From NCBI GenBank assembly GCA_001599295.1, contig BCGN01000006.1, positions 124,001 to 188,000 of the forward strand: 64,000 nt of DNA, read 5' to 3'. Positions 59,929 to 64,000 of this stretch are shown piece after piece. This DNA comes from Sporopachydermia quercuum (taxonomy: Eukaryota). Under the pieces are notes generated by a model that was not told the DNA's origin, made no database searches, and saw nothing but the letters and a program-made list of their open reading frames with translations. Made by a program: the position numbers and the translations under genes. Position 1 is the stretch's first letter, and each line of letters opens with the position of its first letter.

Positions 59929-60909
59929 ATGGAACTCAATGTGATCTCATACTTCTTAGGCTGGGGATACGTTATACTATGGGTATGTATGGAATTCATA
60001 CATCAGCTACAATACTAACAATATATCAATGGAACATGGCTTGACAGAATGACAAAGTTAGGAGTAAAACTTGAGTCAATATGAAAATTTCAGTGATGTA
60101 TTAGTATTATATTTATTAACTATTTTATCTTATAGAGTGTATCTTTTTATCCATCAATCCTTAATAACTATTTGCTCCAATCAACTGAAGGAACGTCACC
60201 TGACTTTCTGTGTCTTAATCTCTTGGGATATCTGACATATGGTATTTCCACTACATTATTGTATTCGTCTAATTACCTGAGATATTTGTATGAAGCATTA
60301 TATGGGAATCCACCTTTGGTTCAATTGAATGATGTTGTGTTCTCACTTCATGGGCTGGTATTAACATGTGTCATGCTATATCAGTTTTATGATTATGCAA
60401 GCAGATCATCAATGCCAGCTGTACAACTCGCAAGAAGTTTAAAGCCGAGTGCAGCTGCTCAATGGATAGTCACTTGTGTTTTATCCATTTTGCTTGTAAT
60501 GACATCATTCGCATGTTCTGCTGGTGGTACAGCTTGGATCACTTTGGTTTCACTAATGGGTCTCATTAAAACATCGATGAGTACTTTGAAATACATTCCA
60601 CAGGTTAAACACAACAGAGAAAGAAAAAGCACTCGCGGATGGAGTATTGGATCTACTTGGATGGACTTGGGAGGGGCAATTTTATGTATAGGGCAGTTGC
60701 TAGTTGATGCTTGGAGAATTGGGGCTGAGTTGAAGGCAGTATTAAATGTTAAACTTGCGCTGAGTTGTGTCACAGTTTTCTTTGATGTAATATTTTTGGT
60801 GCAACATTATATATTATATGGTAATGTTGAACCAACAGTATCTGGAGATTCATTTGTGGAGGTAGAGAAAGATGACTCCCATGATTTGGGATTGTATATG
60901 TATAGATAG
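59929..60909 (+). CDS. ERS1: Cystinosin homolog (PQ-loop); two exons (59929-59982, 60136-60909)
   Basis: Exon 1 MELNVISYFLGWGYVILW, GTATGT donor at 59983, TATTAAC at 60114-60120, TAG at 60133-60135. Exon 2 has SVSFYP...STEG.S.DFL.LN..G and KYIPQV.HN..RKST.GWSI. Confidence 0.92.
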
Positions 60910-61792
60910 GTATAACTTGATGTAGATAGTACAATGGAATGACGGATATTTTTCAGCATGAGTTGTTACTAGAGTTTTATTGGGATATGAATTCCTGATT
61001 AATAGAATTATGATGAATCTAGCTGCGTTTTTTTTGTAGTTATGATAAATATGATTATTAGCTTAGAAATTAAGCGTTTAATGTCCTCTGATGATGCTCA
61101 TCTATGTTCTAGATCAGGTGACCTTATACTGAAATGATTCAAAAGAGATAGTCATGTTGCAGATCACATGACTCAGAACAGATATTCCCTTTCTTCGTGC
61201 ACCTGTCTCTTTCTTTCAAACCCTATGATTCCGACTGTTGATTTAAACCTTATAACATTCATTATGTTTTCTATAACTATCTTTGTTTATATTTCCTCTT
61301 CTTCAACTGTTTTATGTTTTCTCCGCACACTTCAACTCTCGTTCTTCCCTTTTATCGCTCAGCCACATCAAATAGGCATAATTGCCTAAAGCCACATTAA
61401 CCAAGAAAATTATTCCTTATATAAGATCTCCCCATACGGCAAAACATACTCAGCCACACATTCCCCACTTCGTTCTCTTTGTGCGATAAGCAGAAGACCC
61501 TTCTTGTTTCCTTCTCTTATACGACAGAGAAGATCAAATCATTTATTCTCCCAAAAGAATCATTGCTAATTCTCCTATCATCAGTGGATCAAAGATAAAT
61601 ATACTATAAGCTTCATATCTTTGTTTCTGCATTGTGAAGTATTTATTGATTGAATCAGCAAGAGCTACTGGATAATCCGGTCATACACTGCATTGTCTCT
61701 TCTCCCTTCTCCATCTCATCTCAGACAGTCTTACACTTTCATATAAAGTATCGATCAATCAACAGCTAGGCAATTATCAGCCATTTTGTAGG

Positions 61793-63139
61793 ATGTGGAA
61801 ATTAACTGAGCAATTGGCTCAAAAAATATACCACTATTCTCAATTTCCAGCCACGGGTGTTTCCTTAAGGCAAATGGTTCAGTTTGGGCAAAATCCTTCA
61901 GCTGGTACTTTGTTCAGAGCATCACAGTTCATTGTCGATGAATTACCTATAAGACTAGCCCATCGAGTGAAAGAATTAAACGATTTGCCTCATGGATTAT
62001 CAAATATGCCCTCTATTCATAAAGTAAGAGATTGGTATGCTCAATCTTTTGAAGAACTGACAACTATTCCCGCTCCAAAAGTTACACCAGACTTAAGAAA
62101 GTTACTATATCAGAACCATAANGATCGGGAAAGTGATCTGGAATTACAACAGCAATTGCTGGGTAAAACTACAGCATCAGATGGCTCAGTATTCAATGAA
62201 AATGTTGTAAGTAACGGTAGAAATCCGTCATTAGAAGAAGATTGGCATTATGAAACAGTTAGTAGTAAGTCACCAGCATCTACCAGAAGAAGGTACTATG
62301 CAAATGTAGCAAAAGATATTATCTGGCCCCCAGAAGTTTACAATTTTAATAAAGTAGTGACTGAAAGGCTACAGAAGATCAAACGACGCCATGATGCTAC
62401 TGTGGCTACTGTGGCTCAAGGTGTAAATGAATGGAAGGCTCAGCATCAACAGGTAGTAATAGACTCAAACATACAACAGTTTCTGGACAGATTCTATATG
62501 TCAAGAATTGGTATCAGAATGCTTATTGGGCAGCATGTTGCACTGAATATTGAACCTGCAAGGCCTAATTTTGTTGGGATCATTTGCACGAAAACTAATA
62601 TCAAAGAAATTGCTCTTGATGCAATTGATAATGCTAGATATATATGTGAAGAGTACTATGATTTACTGGAAGCACCTAAAGTACAATTAGTTTGCCCTGA
62701 CAATCTGAACTTCATGTATGTTCCTGGACATTTATTACATATGTTATTTGAAACGTTGAAGAATTCTTTGAGAGCTGTGGTGGAAAGATATAATGGGATT
62801 GGTGGTATTTTCCCTGATATCAAAGTGATCGTTGCTGAAGGTAATGAAGATATTACTATTAAAATATCTGATGAAGGTGGTGGTATACCTAGAAGTGAAA
62901 TTCCTCTCATTTGGACCTATCTGTTTACTACTGTTAAAGAAACTCCGAGCTTAGAACCTGATTTCAATAAATCTGACTTCAAAGCGCCAATGGCAGGTTT
63001 TGGTTATGGTTTACCTATTAGTAGACTATATGCCAGATATTTCGGTGGTGACCTTAAGTTGATCTCGATGGAAGGTTATGGTACTGATGTCTATTTGCAT
63101 CTGAATAGACTTAGCAGTTCATCTGAGCCGTTACAATGA
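61793..63139 (+). CDS. Mitochondrial pyruvate dehydrogenase kinase (PDK/BCKDK family)
   Basis: ELPIRLAHRVKEL, FLDRFYMSRIGIRMLIGQH, FETLKNSLRA, KISDEGGGIP and AGFGYGLPISRLYARYFGGDL. Confidence 0.95.
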   Translation: MWKLTEQLAQKIYHYSQFPATGVSLRQMVQFGQNPSAGTLFRASQFIVDELPIRLAHRVKELNDLPHGLSNMPSIHKVRDWYAQSFEELTTIPAPKVTPDLRKLLYQNHXDRESDLELQQQLLGKTTASDGSVFNENVVSNGRNPSLEEDWHYETVSSKSPASTRRRYYANVAKDIIWPPEVYNFNKVVTERLQKIKRRHDATVATVAQGVNEWKAQHQQVVIDSNIQQFLDRFYMSRIGIRMLIGQHVALNIEPARPNFVGIICTKTNIKEIALDAIDNARYICEEYYDLLEAPKVQLVCPDNLNFMYVPGHLLHMLFETLKNSLRAVVERYNGIGGIFPDIKVIVAEGNEDITIKISDEGGGIPRSEIPLIWTYLFTTVKETPSLEPDFNKSDFKAPMAGFGYGLPISRLYARYFGGDLKLISMEGYGTDVYLHLNRLSSSSEPLQ

Positions 63140-64000
63140 TGAGAAATACTTATGTCATAGGTATATATATATGAATGCTGGAGATAATAGAAAAAGTTAT
63201 AGGATCTGAAGTAGCTTGGAATAGATAGTGCTTTTGATGGGAATATGAACTATTAAATAAGAACATCAAGCAATGGTGAATAGGGACGTATGAATATTCA
63301 ATGTTTAATGTGAGTTTGTTGCTTGTATAGGTATAATGTGGACTCTTGTATTAGTCCTGTAACTAAGCCACCGAAGAGTATTGGTGGCGTTTACCTGTTT
63401 TAGAATTAAGTTATGAAATATGCATGATTTCTACAGACTTNATTTGAACCTCACTTAGACACACTAAAAGCAAAAGCTAACTATGCTACTCACTAAGTTG
63501 GTAAAAAATTGAGCTATTCACTTTCTCTTGTATGTTTATTCTCCAGTGGAAGTTGAATAGTTTGTGGACATAACATATAATAGACCATCATAGATAGCTT
63601 ACCACTCATGATAAAACTCACACATTTCAGTACTCATTCAGACCCTTTAAGTCATACTATCACAAGCATACTCAAACTCCCTCNCTCCTAATCTAGTATT
63701 TTCTCAACTCACCATCTTCATATCCATTCAATTAAACATATTTTCACTTTTCTGTCTTCTAAATAAGCAATCTTCTTAGCCTATAAATACCCCATTTTCA
63801 ACCTTCAAGTACTAATTTCTGCTTTATTGGAACTCTTTTTCCCTATTTCTTCTTATCTATGCTACCATTTCATTCAATATTCGCCAACCCTCAGTCCCTT
63901 ATAGACCCTACTATTCATATCCTTAGCCACAACCTTATTTTCATTTAGACCCTTAATCTTCCTCAAAAAGGGTCCCTCATATCTCACTTTCAACATGGAC

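Noticed and set aside
61524..61534. U6 snRNA (ACAGAGAAGAT)
   Set aside because: The flanks lack TAGCATGGCCCC and other U6 sequence.
132..62910. Many 60-135 aa ORFs antisense or out of frame to called genes
   Set aside because: Shadow ORFs of the real coding sequences with no independent motifs.
63367..63388. GCCACC...GGTGGC inverted pair (hairpin or PACE cores)
   Set aside because: Only 6 bp, and no downstream gene in the window to interpret it.
1..64000. tRNA genes, LTRs/transposons, CRISPR arrays
   Set aside because: No A/B-box cloverleaf, TG...CA direct repeats, transposase/RT motifs or spaced repeat arrays were recognised by eye; a tRNAscan/RepeatMasker run would be needed to exclude them.

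Overview
AT-rich budding-yeast (Saccharomycotina) genomic DNA using the standard code: CTG falls at conserved Leu positions of the H+-ATPase, Gcd11 and Sec17. About 70 scattered Ns look like collapsed heterozygous sites. I call 21 protein-coding genes: EDE1 (3' part), NNF1, SEC17, a Rad5/Rad16/Uls1-type SNF2 ATPase, a YJR124C-like MFS permease, LEU3, GCD11, SST2, ORC4, a PMA-type H+-ATPase, a DCAF4/Wdr21-like WD40 protein, TPO1, an NBA1/NIS1-like gene, SIR2/HST1, MRP10, MTF2, an LMBR1-domain protein, FUB1/PI31, SOL1/2, ERS1 and a pyruvate dehydrogenase kinase. Five of them need introns that the ORF track misses. The most interesting unexplained signals are: (i) a spliced 28-codon Cys-rich ORF (CxCxCxC) in the leader region of the polyamine/drug exporter TPO1; (ii) decayed ARH1 and aldehyde dehydrogenase relics in intergenic DNA; (iii) a recurrent TGATTAYGTAATCA near-palindrome in several promoters; (iv) an NNNN loop inside a perfect inverted repeat, suggesting a heterozygous micro-inversion; (v) two candidate structured RNAs; (vi) four microsynteny blocks shared with S. 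cerevisiae. No tRNA, rRNA, CRISPR array or transposon was recognised. All homology calls come from remembered family motifs, not from database searches.
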